Shown piece by piece: positions 55,747 to 64,000 of a stretch of DNA of 64,000 nucleotides. Source of the DNA: an uncultured Lachnospiraceae bacterium. GTDB lineage: Bacteria; Bacillota; Clostridia; Lachnospirales; Lachnospiraceae. Position 1 is the stretch's first letter; each line of letters begins with the position of its first letter. The notes below the pieces were generated by a model. The model made no database searches. It was not told the DNA's origin and saw nothing but the letters and a program-made list of their open reading frames with translations. The translations under genes and the position numbers were made by a program. The stretch is taken from assembly GCA_964367905.1 (NCBI GenBank), contig CAYIZP010000008.1:11596-75595 (forward strand). The letters run 5' to 3'.

Positions 55747-56622
55747 ATGATTCTTACTATAAAAAATCATGAGCTCAGTGTATCAATCGATACACTTGGT
55801 GGCGAATTGAAATCGATTAGTAAGCAAGGAACTGAATATTTATGGCAAGGGGATCCAGCATATTGGGCTGGACAATCCCCCTTGCTTTTTCCGATTGTAG
55901 GACACTTGCTTAATAAGAAAATTAGGATCCGTGGACGAGAAATTACAATGGAGAACCACGGCTTTATTATGAATACAGAGTTAGAGGTAGTACGTCACGA
56001 AGAAGACGAATTAGTTTTAATTACAAGATATAACCAGGAAACGCTAGAGCATTTCCCATTTAAATTTGAGTTTGAAGTAAGTTATAAAGTGGTAGAAGTG
56101 AAGCTAGAAACAAGATATAAGATTCGCAACTTGGATGATGAAGAGATGGTATATAATTTCGGTTTACATCCAGGTTTTAACTGTGATTTGAGTCATGGTC
56201 AAGTAATTGAAGATTATTATGTCGAATTTCCAGAGGTGAAAACACTAGAGTCTCAAGTGTTTAACGATGATATTCGCGTGGAAATGAACCAGACGAGACC
56301 AGTGATTGAGAATCAGAAGCGGTATAATTTTGTAGATGAGATGTTCCACAGAACCATCATTCTACATGATATTGATTTTGATCATGTGTGGTTAGGGAAT
56401 AAGGACAGAGGACATATATTAAAATTTTCATATGAGGGATTTAATGTATTTGCAATGTATCGTGCAGTGGGATCACCATTTATCTGCCTAGAGCCATGGA
56501 CAGGGCATGATGCTATCGTGCAGGATTTTGAGAACATGGAAGAGAATCCAACTGCCCAGTTTTTGGGAGCTGGAGAAAGTAAAGAATTTAGTATGACAGT
56601 AGATATGAATTGCCAAAGTTGA
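55747..56622 (+). CDS. Aldose 1-epimerase-family protein (LacX-like)
   Basis: 291 aa; LFPIVGHL, GFHPGFN-like (GLHPGFN) and LEPWTG motifs. Confidence 0.75.
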   Translation: MILTIKNHELSVSIDTLGGELKSISKQGTEYLWQGDPAYWAGQSPLLFPIVGHLLNKKIRIRGREITMENHGFIMNTELEVVRHEEDELVLITRYNQETLEHFPFKFEFEVSYKVVEVKLETRYKIRNLDDEEMVYNFGLHPGFNCDLSHGQVIEDYYVEFPEVKTLESQVFNDDIRVEMNQTRPVIENQKRYNFVDEMFHRTIILHDIDFDHVWLGNKDRGHILKFSYEGFNVFAMYRAVGSPFICLEPWTGHDAIVQDFENMEENPTAQFLGAGESKEFSMTVDMNCQS

Positions 56623-56688
56623 TTACGACAAATATAATGGATGTACAGATATTTGTATTTGTAATTGTAGATTGTTCGAGGTTTATAT

Positions 56689-58158
56689 ATGGAGAAGTGT
56701 AGGATTTTAATTGTAGAAGATGAATTAATCGTTCGACAAGCTGTAAAATATATTTTGCAAGATAAAAGTGATTTGTTTGAAATATGTGGAGAAGTGTAAA
56801 ATGGGCTGGAAGCATGTGAATTTTTAGAGCATACAGAAGTAGATGTTGTGATAAGTGATATCTGTATGTCGCTATTAGACGGATTAGAATTATCGAAACA
56901 GATTCGGATGAACTACCCCAATATATATATCATTATTTTAAGTGGGTATGATAATTTTGATTATGTAAAAACAGGATTTCAATACGGAGTGTTTGAATAT
57001 ATCTTAAAGCCGAAGTTAACAGCGGAGATATTATTTGAAACACTTTACAAGATATGTTCAAAACTAGGAATAGAAGATAGATATGAGTCTAATTTTGTGA
57101 AATACGCACTTTCAGACCAAGAAAATAAGGAAATGCCAGAAAAATATAAGGGGAAATATATTTCAAGTATTGCTATTAATTTGAATAAAATTCTAGGGTA
57201 TTCAGATGATAAATATCATTTTTATTATGAAAATATCTATGAAAAATTAAATAAAAGTTTCCAAGACTGTATATTAGAATCTTATTTGGCGAGCGATAAT
57301 ATTTTGATTTTTGTGTTCGTCTTTGAATATAAGACAAAATTAGAATTCGTAGAAGAGTTAAGTCGATTTATGTTAGATAATTTCAACCAATTATTGGGAA
57401 TTAAGTTTTTTTATACCAATATACTTAATGATGATACGATTCTAAAGGAATTGTTGAATTTGTATCATTCAGCTAAACAACATTTTTTTGTGCCAAACGA
57501 TATGTTGTTGATACAAAGTTTTCAAGCGGAGAAGACGGCAACACCTATATTGAATGAGTTTAAGAAACGAGCTGAATTCTATGACGAAGCGATAGAATTT
57601 CTCTGTGAGGCACTTCGTACTACTACATATAAATTAGGATATGATGAAGAGGAATATAAAAAACAAATAGAATATATTCTATATATAACATTTGAGCAAA
57701 AAAATTATGAAGATGCAGATATGGATATGTTTAAGGTTATGAGATTGCTCTCACAAGTATATTCGTTAGAGGATCTAATCAAGTTTGTTGACAATATCTT
57801 CGAGGAACTTACTCCTAACTCGGCGAAAAACAGTGAAGATAATTTAATAGATAAAATACAAGAGTATATTAAAAATAATGCATCAGAACAACTAACGATG
57901 AAGCAAGTGGCAGACCGGTTTCACATTAGCTATTCTTATCTGTCTACGTTTTTTAGTTACAATTTAGGGATTGGTTTTAATGAATATACAAATAAAATTC
58001 GAATAAAGAATGCAAAGAACTTATTGAAAAATTCGGATTTATCCATTAGTGAAATTTGTGAAAAGACGGGATATTTAGACCATAGTTATTTCAGTAGAAC
58101 GTTTAAGAAAATTACAGGAGTCAGTCCGAGCGCATATAGAAGAGATGGATCATTATGA
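56689..58158 (+). pseudogene. YesN/AraC-type response regulator interrupted by an in-frame TAA at 56797-56799
   Basis: From ATG 56689: MEKCRILIVEDELIVRQAVKYILQDKSDLFEICGEV, then TAA. The same frame continues NGLEACEFLEHTEVDVVISDICMSLLDGLEL...ILKPK (rest of the receiver) and a C-terminal AraC HTH (QLTMKQVADRFHISYSYLSTFF...ICEKTGYLDHSYFSRTFKK). The ORF track shows only 56848-58158. Confidence 0.8.
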
Positions 58159-59870
58159 AATTTAATTTATTTAATAAAATAGCTATCGTATTTGTTAGTG
58201 TCAGTTTGCTTACAAGTATGATTTCATTAGGAACAATGTCACGTAGTGTGGAAGCTGACTTCATATCGACTTATGTGGAATTTCAGGAGAATTCAATCGG
58301 GTTGATATTGAAAAATTTCGAGAATCTAAACACACAAGTGATTCAGTTGATAGATAATTACTCGGAGAATATAACACTAAATCAACATTTGACTAATGTA
58401 GAAGAGAAAAATTCTAGTGAATTGTTTTCAATCTACTATGATATTGAACAAATAACTAACACATCAAAAAAAAATCTTGAAGATAGCAGTGTCATTATTG
58501 AAGGAATGAATGCACAATTTTATGTGGATAATTATCGAGGAAGTATGCCGCCATGGAATTATGTTCAGCAAGATTATATTGAGGAGGCGTTAGAGTGTAG
58601 CAGTGAAAGTTTGATTTATACATATGGTTCGAGTGGGTTTTATGACGGTGGATATGGGGTTATGGCAGTAAAATCTTTGACAGCAGCATTTTCTTCTCAA
58701 GAGATAGGGACGATTTATATTTCTGTGGACACAGATACTATAAAAGCGCTGTATAGGGATTTTGTAACAGATGATATAACAACCTATGTTATTAATCAAG
58801 ATGCTGAGGTTATTTCAAGTAGTCAAGTTAGTACAGAAAACACAAAGATTGAGAATCTCTTGGTTGTTGCTACAAATATTGAGAAGACGGAGAATATCTA
58901 TGAAATTGTAGAATCTGGTGGCGATAGATATATGTATATGTCAGCATACATTCCGATATATGGCATGTATATTGTCAACGAGATAAGCTTAGAAAGCGCT
59001 TTATATGATTTCAACCAAACGAGTGCAAATATGTGGATTTTCGGAACATTTATTATGCTTATAGGGGTAGTCGTGGTATATTTTATTACAAGGCGTATCT
59101 ACGAACCGCTTAACAAGGTTATTCATAAAATTTCTGATTCAAACAAGGATGAGTTTCAGAAAATTGCGGGTATTAAATCAGGAAAAGAAGTGTCCAATTT
59201 AATCCAAGCATATAATTTTATGATCGCAGAAATAGAAGGTTATACGAATGAATTGATTGATGTAGAGAAGGGAAAACGATTGGCAGAGCTTGCAGCTCTA
59301 CAAATGCAAATCAATCCACATTTTCTATATAATACACTTGCTGTAGTGAAGTATCTTGTATGGCAAGAGGAGAAGGATAAAGCAGCTAAAACGATAGAAG
59401 CTCTTATTGACCTACTGCAAAACACCATCAGTAAAGATGATGAAATGCTCACAATCCAAAGGGAAATTGATAATTTGAGGAGCTATATTTATATCAATGA
59501 AATTAGATATGGTGAGGATATTAAAGTGCATATTTTTGTGGATGATCAAATAAAAGAGAGGAAAGTGCCCAAATTGATACTTCAACCATTTATTGAGAAT
59601 GCATACTTTCATGCATTTCAAAATAAAAAATCAGGCGAAATCACATTATATATGAATGAGATGGACGATAAGTTGATTTGTCATATTGCAGATAATGGAG
59701 ATGGAATAAAAAACTGGGATGAAACGAAAGCGAAACAGAGTTTCACAGGCGTTGGAATTATTAATGTGGATCAAAGAATTAAGATGATCTTCGGTGAAGA
59801 TTATGGAGTAAATATCATAAGTGAAGAAGGAAAAGGCACAAAAGTGAAGATAATTTTACCAATTTCATAA
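58155..59870 (+). CDS. Sensor histidine kinase, YesM-like (2 TM + HAMP + His_kinase + HATPase_c)
   Basis: 571 aa; QINPHFLYNTL phospho-His region, DNGDGI and GVGIINV ATPase motifs. Its start overlaps the regulator stop (ATGA). Confidence 0.85.
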   Translation: MKFNLFNKIAIVFVSVSLLTSMISLGTMSRSVEADFISTYVEFQENSIGLILKNFENLNTQVIQLIDNYSENITLNQHLTNVEEKNSSELFSIYYDIEQITNTSKKNLEDSSVIIEGMNAQFYVDNYRGSMPPWNYVQQDYIEEALECSSESLIYTYGSSGFYDGGYGVMAVKSLTAAFSSQEIGTIYISVDTDTIKALYRDFVTDDITTYVINQDAEVISSSQVSTENTKIENLLVVATNIEKTENIYEIVESGGDRYMYMSAYIPIYGMYIVNEISLESALYDFNQTSANMWIFGTFIMLIGVVVVYFITRRIYEPLNKVIHKISDSNKDEFQKIAGIKSGKEVSNLIQAYNFMIAEIEGYTNELIDVEKGKRLAELAALQMQINPHFLYNTLAVVKYLVWQEEKDKAAKTIEALIDLLQNTISKDDEMLTIQREIDNLRSYIYINEIRYGEDIKVHIFVDDQIKERKVPKLILQPFIENAYFHAFQNKKSGEITLYMNEMDDKLICHIADNGDGIKNWDETKAKQSFTGVGIINVDQRIKMIFGEDYGVNIISEEGKGTKVKIILPIS

Positions 59871-60005
59871 AAAATTCACAATTAAGATTATTGATCTCGC
59901 TGCAAGGTGAGAAAATACTGATAAACATCAATGAATAAATTATAACTGTTTTCCGAACTAGGTAGTATAATTTGAATATAAATTAAACAAGGGAGGAATT
60001 ACATT

Positions 60006-61340
60006 ATGAAATTGAAAAGAGTATTGGCAATGGCATTAGCTGGAACAATGGTATTTAGTTTGATTGCATGCGCACCACAGGAGGTGGCAGAAGAAGACGC
60101 TGCGCCAACAGCAGAAGAGTCAGGAGAAGCAAAGAGCGATTCGGAAAAAGAAGTAATTACAGCATGGGCATGGGATGCGAATTTTAATGTAGCAGCATTT
60201 AAAGAAGCAGAGGCGATTTACGAAGCTGAAAATCCGAATGTAGATATCGAAGTAGTAGAGTTCTCACAAGATGATATTATACAAAAGTTAAATACAACAC
60301 TTAGTTCGGGCAGTACAGATGGATTACCTAACATTGTGTTGATTGAGGATTATAGAGCACAATCTTTCTTACAATCATATCCTGGAGCATTTGCTGATTT
60401 GTCATCTATTACTGATGCAACTAAATTTGCAGAGCATAAATTGAGTTTTATGACATTAGATGATGTGTTTTATGGGGTACCATTTGATAACAGTAGTGCA
60501 GTTCTATACTATAGAAGAGACATTATTGAAGCAGCAGGATATACAGAAGAAGACATGATGAACCTTACTTGGGAAGAGTATATCGAAATGGGTAAAAAAA
60601 TCAAAGAAGAGCAGGATGTCAATTTGTTGACATTAGATCCAAATGACGTTGGACAAATTAGAATGATGATGCAGTCAGCAGGAGCTTGGTATACTGAGGA
60701 AGATGGATCGACACCACACTTTGTTGGAAATGATGCAATGGAGTATGCAATTGGATTATATGTTGAAATGCTAAATGCGGATATTGCGACTATTATTTCA
60801 GACTGGTCAGAGTTTGTTGGTTCTCCAAATACAGGAGCAGTAGCAACAGTTCCTACAGGATGCTGGTTTACACCAAGTATTGCACAAGCAGAAGATCAGA
60901 GTGGATTATGGGGAGTTGCGCCGTTCCCATCGGTAAAAGGCATAGAAGGGTCAGTCAATGCATCTAACTTGGGAGGTTCAAGTATCTATGTATTAAATGA
61001 AGTAGAGGGAACAGAATCAGCAATTGATTTCTTGGGACAGACTTTCGCAGGAAATGAGGAGTTTTATCAAACAATTTTAACGACAAATAATGTACTAGCA
61101 ACATATTTACCAGCTTATGAAGGCGATACATATACACAGGAAGTGGAATACTTTGCAGGGCAGTCAATTTATTCGGATATTTCAGAGTGGTCTGAAAATA
61201 TTCCTGCTGTAAACTATGGACTACATACTTATGCGTTTGAAGATATTTTGAAGTCAGAAATGCAAAATATTATTGCGGGAGTTGATGTTCCAACGGCATT
61301 GGAAAATATGCAAGCGCAAGCGGAAGCACAATTTAACTAA
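60006..61340 (+). CDS. ABC sugar transporter solute-binding lipoprotein
   Basis: 444 aa; lipobox LIAC followed by an acidic linker. A TATAAT -10 lies about 40 nt upstream. Confidence 0.85.
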   Translation: MKLKRVLAMALAGTMVFSLIACAPQEVAEEDAAPTAEESGEAKSDSEKEVITAWAWDANFNVAAFKEAEAIYEAENPNVDIEVVEFSQDDIIQKLNTTLSSGSTDGLPNIVLIEDYRAQSFLQSYPGAFADLSSITDATKFAEHKLSFMTLDDVFYGVPFDNSSAVLYYRRDIIEAAGYTEEDMMNLTWEEYIEMGKKIKEEQDVNLLTLDPNDVGQIRMMMQSAGAWYTEEDGSTPHFVGNDAMEYAIGLYVEMLNADIATIISDWSEFVGSPNTGAVATVPTGCWFTPSIAQAEDQSGLWGVAPFPSVKGIEGSVNASNLGGSSIYVLNEVEGTESAIDFLGQTFAGNEEFYQTILTTNNVLATYLPAYEGDTYTQEVEYFAGQSIYSDISEWSENIPAVNYGLHTYAFEDILKSEMQNIIAGVDVPTALENMQAQAEAQFN

Positions 61341-61350
61341 GGTGAAACTG

Positions 61351-61386
61351 ACCACTACCAATCGTATTGGTAGTGGTTTCTTTCTT
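61351..61386 (+). terminator. Intrinsic terminator/attenuator between the solute-binding protein and permease genes
   Basis: ACCACTACCAAT cgt ATTGGTAGTGGT forms a perfect 12-bp stem followed by TTCTTTCTT. Confidence 0.7.
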
Positions 61387-61402
61387 AGAAGGAGAATTAT
61401 AT

Positions 61403-62269
61403 ATGAAGACAAGTAAAAAAATCGGTTGGTTATACATTACAATTCCAATTTTATTTATTACACTTTTTTCTTTTTACCCTATGATCACAGCATTTGTGAC
61501 CTCGTTGCAATCGGGCATGGGAGTAAACTTAACATTTAACGGGTTTGGAAATTATTCTCGATTGTTTAAGGATCCAGTTTTTATACAAGCACTAACGAAT
61601 ACATTAACGTATTTAGTGATACAAGTCCCATTGATGACAGTATTAGCGCTTACAATTGCAACAGTTTTAAATAGTAAGCGATTGAGATTCAGATCCTTTT
61701 TTAGAACAGCAATATTTTTACCAAGTGTAACATCCTTGGTTGCATATTCTGTTGTATTTAAAAACATGTTCGCACCAAATGGAATTGTGAATGGTCTTTT
61801 GATGTCGATTAATTTGATTGATGAGCCAATCATGTGGATTACAGATGGTTTTTGGGCAAAGATAACGATTATTATTGCGATTACATGGCGTTGGACTGGA
61901 TATAACATGATTTTCTATTTAGCAGGATTACAGAATATTGATCGAAGTATCTATGAGGCAGCAGAAATAGACGGAGCTGGAACATTTACAAAGTTTTTTA
62001 AAATCACAGCACCGCTATTGAGTCCTATTATATTGTTTACAACAATTCTATCAACAAATGGTACATTACAATTATTCGATGAGGTTGTGAACTTGACAGG
62101 TGGTGGTCCTGGTAATGAAACCTTAACTATTTCACAATATATTTACAACCTATGTTTCCAATATACACCAGACTTTGGCTATGCATCAGCAGTTTCATAT
62201 GTGATTTTAATCATTGTAGGGGTATTAGCATTTGTACAAATGAAAATAGGAGGAGATAAAAATGAGTAA
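61403..62269 (+). CDS. ABC sugar transporter permease (MalF-like)
   Basis: The ORF opens at 61367; ATG 61403 follows GAAGGAGA. EAA loop: EAAEIDGAGTFTKFFKITAPLL. Confidence 0.85.
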   Translation: MKTSKKIGWLYITIPILFITLFSFYPMITAFVTSLQSGMGVNLTFNGFGNYSRLFKDPVFIQALTNTLTYLVIQVPLMTVLALTIATVLNSKRLRFRSFFRTAIFLPSVTSLVAYSVVFKNMFAPNGIVNGLLMSINLIDEPIMWITDGFWAKITIIIAITWRWTGYNMIFYLAGLQNIDRSIYEAAEIDGAGTFTKFFKITAPLLSPIILFTTILSTNGTLQLFDEVVNLTGGGPGNETLTISQYIYNLCFQYTPDFGYASAVSYVILIIVGVLAFVQMKIGGDKNE

Positions 62270-63071
62270 AGTAAAAGACATATTGATGTATCTTTTTATT
62301 ATTATAACGGCAACATTTTCTATTATACCGTTTTTCTGGATGATTATCTCATCTACAAATGCATCGGTTGATGTTACTGCAGGTGCCTTGACATTCGGAG
62401 GTGAGTTCATGAATAATGCAAAAAAATTATTTGAAACAACGACTTTCGGGCAAGCATTTATCAATTCAATTGTAGTAGCAACTATAACGACTGTGATTGC
62501 ATTGGTAATTTCATCAGCAGCGGGATATGGTTTTGTAATATACGGTAGTAAAATTAAAGATAGAATTTTTAATATTTTATTATTATCTATGATGATACCG
62601 TTTGCAGCAATTTTAGTACCACTTTATCGTCTGTTTGGAAATTTTGGAGTGTTAAATAGTTATATTGCAATTATTTTACCTGCGGTTGCAACTGCTTTTC
62701 TAATTTTCTTCTTTAGGCAAAATACAAAATCATTTCCAAAAGAATTATTAGAAGCGGGCAGAGTGGATGGGATTTCTGAAATTGGTTTATTTACTAAGAT
62801 TTATATGCCAACCATGAAATCTACCTATGCGGCAGCGGCAATTATAACATTCATGTCTGCATGGAATAACTATCTATGGCCACTCGTTGTGCTACAGGAT
62901 GATTCAAAGAAAACATTACCATTGGTAATTGCTACATTGAACTCATCTTATACACCAGACTATGGTGTCACAATGATGGCGGTTACATTAACAACGTTAC
63001 CGACAACAATTCTATTCTTTGCAATGCAAAAACGTTTTGTAGAAGGTATGCTAGGATCAGTAAAAGGTTAA
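62262..63071 (+). CDS. ABC sugar transporter permease (MalG-like)
   Basis: 269 aa; EAA loop EAGRVDGISEIGLFTKIYMPTM. Confidence 0.85.
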   Translation: MSKVKDILMYLFIIITATFSIIPFFWMIISSTNASVDVTAGALTFGGEFMNNAKKLFETTTFGQAFINSIVVATITTVIALVISSAAGYGFVIYGSKIKDRIFNILLLSMMIPFAAILVPLYRLFGNFGVLNSYIAIILPAVATAFLIFFFRQNTKSFPKELLEAGRVDGISEIGLFTKIYMPTMKSTYAAAAIITFMSAWNNYLWPLVVLQDDSKKTLPLVIATLNSSYTPDYGVTMMAVTLTTLPTTILFFAMQKRFVEGMLGSVKG

Positions 63072-63081
63072 ATATTAGAAG

Positions 63082-64000
63082 ATGAGAGAAAATGTGCTTT
63101 ATTTACACACGAAGGATACATCATATATTATTAATATTAAAGAATATGGGAAGTTGGAGCAGGTTTATTATGGGAAACGTATACGAGAGAATGAAAATCT
63201 AAACTTAGAAATTCAAACTTCTGAATTTGCACATAGTGTATTATATCGATATGATGAGAGTGTTGATACCTTCGAAAAGATGTCACTAGAATACGGAGAA
63301 AGTGGTAAAGGCGACTTTAGAGAGCCAGCGATATCACTCCGAACGAAGATGGGATATACGACAGATTTTATTTACCAATCTCATGAATTTCGAGAGGAGA
63401 GAGAAGGATTAAAAGGGTTACCTTTTGCAAGAGGACAATGTAAGACACTTATTGTTACCTTGTATGATAGCAATATAGACATAGAGTTAAAATTATATTA
63501 TCATGCATTTTACGAGTCCAATGTTATTACTCGACATGCAAGGATTAAAAACCTAAGTGATTGCAACATTGAAATTGATAGATTTATGAGTTTTTCTCTT
63601 GATTTAGATGACGATGGTTACGAGCTGGTTAGTTTCGAAGGTGATTGGGCTAACGAGATGCAGAAAAGCTGCCAAGGAATCAAAAGTGGTATCTATATCA
63701 ATGATTCAAAGGTTGGAACAAGTTCAAATCGACACAACCCATTTTTTATGTTGAAAAGAGATAATGCAAGTGAATATTTTGGCGAGGCATATGCTTTTAA
63801 TTTGATTTACAGTGCAAATCATGCTGAAGTGATTGAGAAGTCACCTTCGAATAAATTGCGGGTGTTATCAGGGATAAATCCGCATAATTTTAGTTATAGT
63901 TTACTGCCGAACGAGGTGTTCGATACACCAGAGGCAGTATTGACTTATACGGATCAAGGTTTGAATGGGGTAAGCAGAAATATGCATTCATTTGTGATCA
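63082..64000 (+). CDS. GH36 alpha-galactosidase, N-terminal part (continues off the right edge)
   Basis: Translation from ATG 63082: MRENVLYLHTKDTSYIINIKEYGKLEQVYYGKRI...GESGKGDFREPAISL...WANEMQ...GTSSNRHNPFFML, a typical GH36 (AgaA/melibiase) N-domain. It is open to the window end, so it is absent from the ORF track. Confidence 0.8.
   Translation, partial: MRENVLYLHTKDTSYIINIKEYGKLEQVYYGKRIRENENLNLEIQTSEFAHSVLYRYDESVDTFEKMSLEYGESGKGDFREPAISLRTKMGYTTDFIYQSHEFREEREGLKGLPFARGQCKTLIVTLYDSNIDIELKLYYHAFYESNVITRHARIKNLSDCNIEIDRFMSFSLDLDDDGYELVSFEGDWANEMQKSCQGIKSGIYINDSKVGTSSNRHNPFFMLKRDNASEYFGEAYAFNLIYSANHAEVIEKSPSNKLRVLSGINPHNFSYSLLPNEVFDTPEAVLTYTDQGLNGVSRNMHSFVI

Noticed and set aside
56797-56799. 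The in-frame TAA in the response regulator could be programmed recoding or an alternative genetic code.
   Set aside because: TAA serves as an ordinary stop for many confident genes in this window (for example uxuA, atpE and selenium-cassette genes). No recoding signal is evident. A point nonsense mutation or a sequencing error is far more parsimonious.

Overview
This 64-kb chromosomal window appears to come from a low-GC Gram-positive anaerobe. I infer Clostridia, possibly Lachnospiraceae-like, from gene content, (S/P)PxTG-type sorting signals and an [FeFe]-hydrogenase; this is not proven. I recognised no rRNA, tRNA, CRISPR array, transposase or integrase.

Layout:
(1) 1-26.8 kb is a carbohydrate locus. 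It holds a partial YesN-type response regulator, a GH95, an ABC sugar importer and a cytoplasmic GH127-like protein. Two tandem giant (~2000-2150 aa) cell-wall-anchored GH115-type alpha-glucuronidase paralogs follow, then uxuA, a uxuB-like reductase, a 794-aa orphan protein, a small cupin and a DhuI-like RpiB-family isomerase.
(2) 26.8-29.7 kb holds three minus-strand genes: DUF4874/4832-like, nitroreductase and SAM methyltransferase.
(3) 29.9-34.9 kb is a selenium-utilisation cassette (yedF-like, selD, cysteine desulfurase-family, DUF3343-like) plus two unrelated small genes, one a TM-anchored GIY-YIG nuclease. It is bracketed by two mutually inverted arrays of four palindromic units. This is the most unusual signal I see.
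(4) 35.1-40.1 kb is a HydABC-type [FeFe]-hydrogenase operon. It is followed by a DHH gene and a divergent putative H2-sensing module (DRTGG, Ser-kinase-like ATPase, HydS-like protein, DRTGG, PHP).
(5) 44.6-48.4 kb holds a MATE transporter and an ABC exporter pair.
(6) 48.5-55.7 kb is a complete F1Fo ATP synthase operon whose c subunit carries a Na+-type ligand signature.
(7) 55.7-64 kb holds an aldose epimerase, a YesN/YesM-type two-component system whose regulator has an in-frame TAA, an ABC sugar importer and the start of a GH36 alpha-galactosidase.

All family assignments come from motif recognition by eye. No searches were run.
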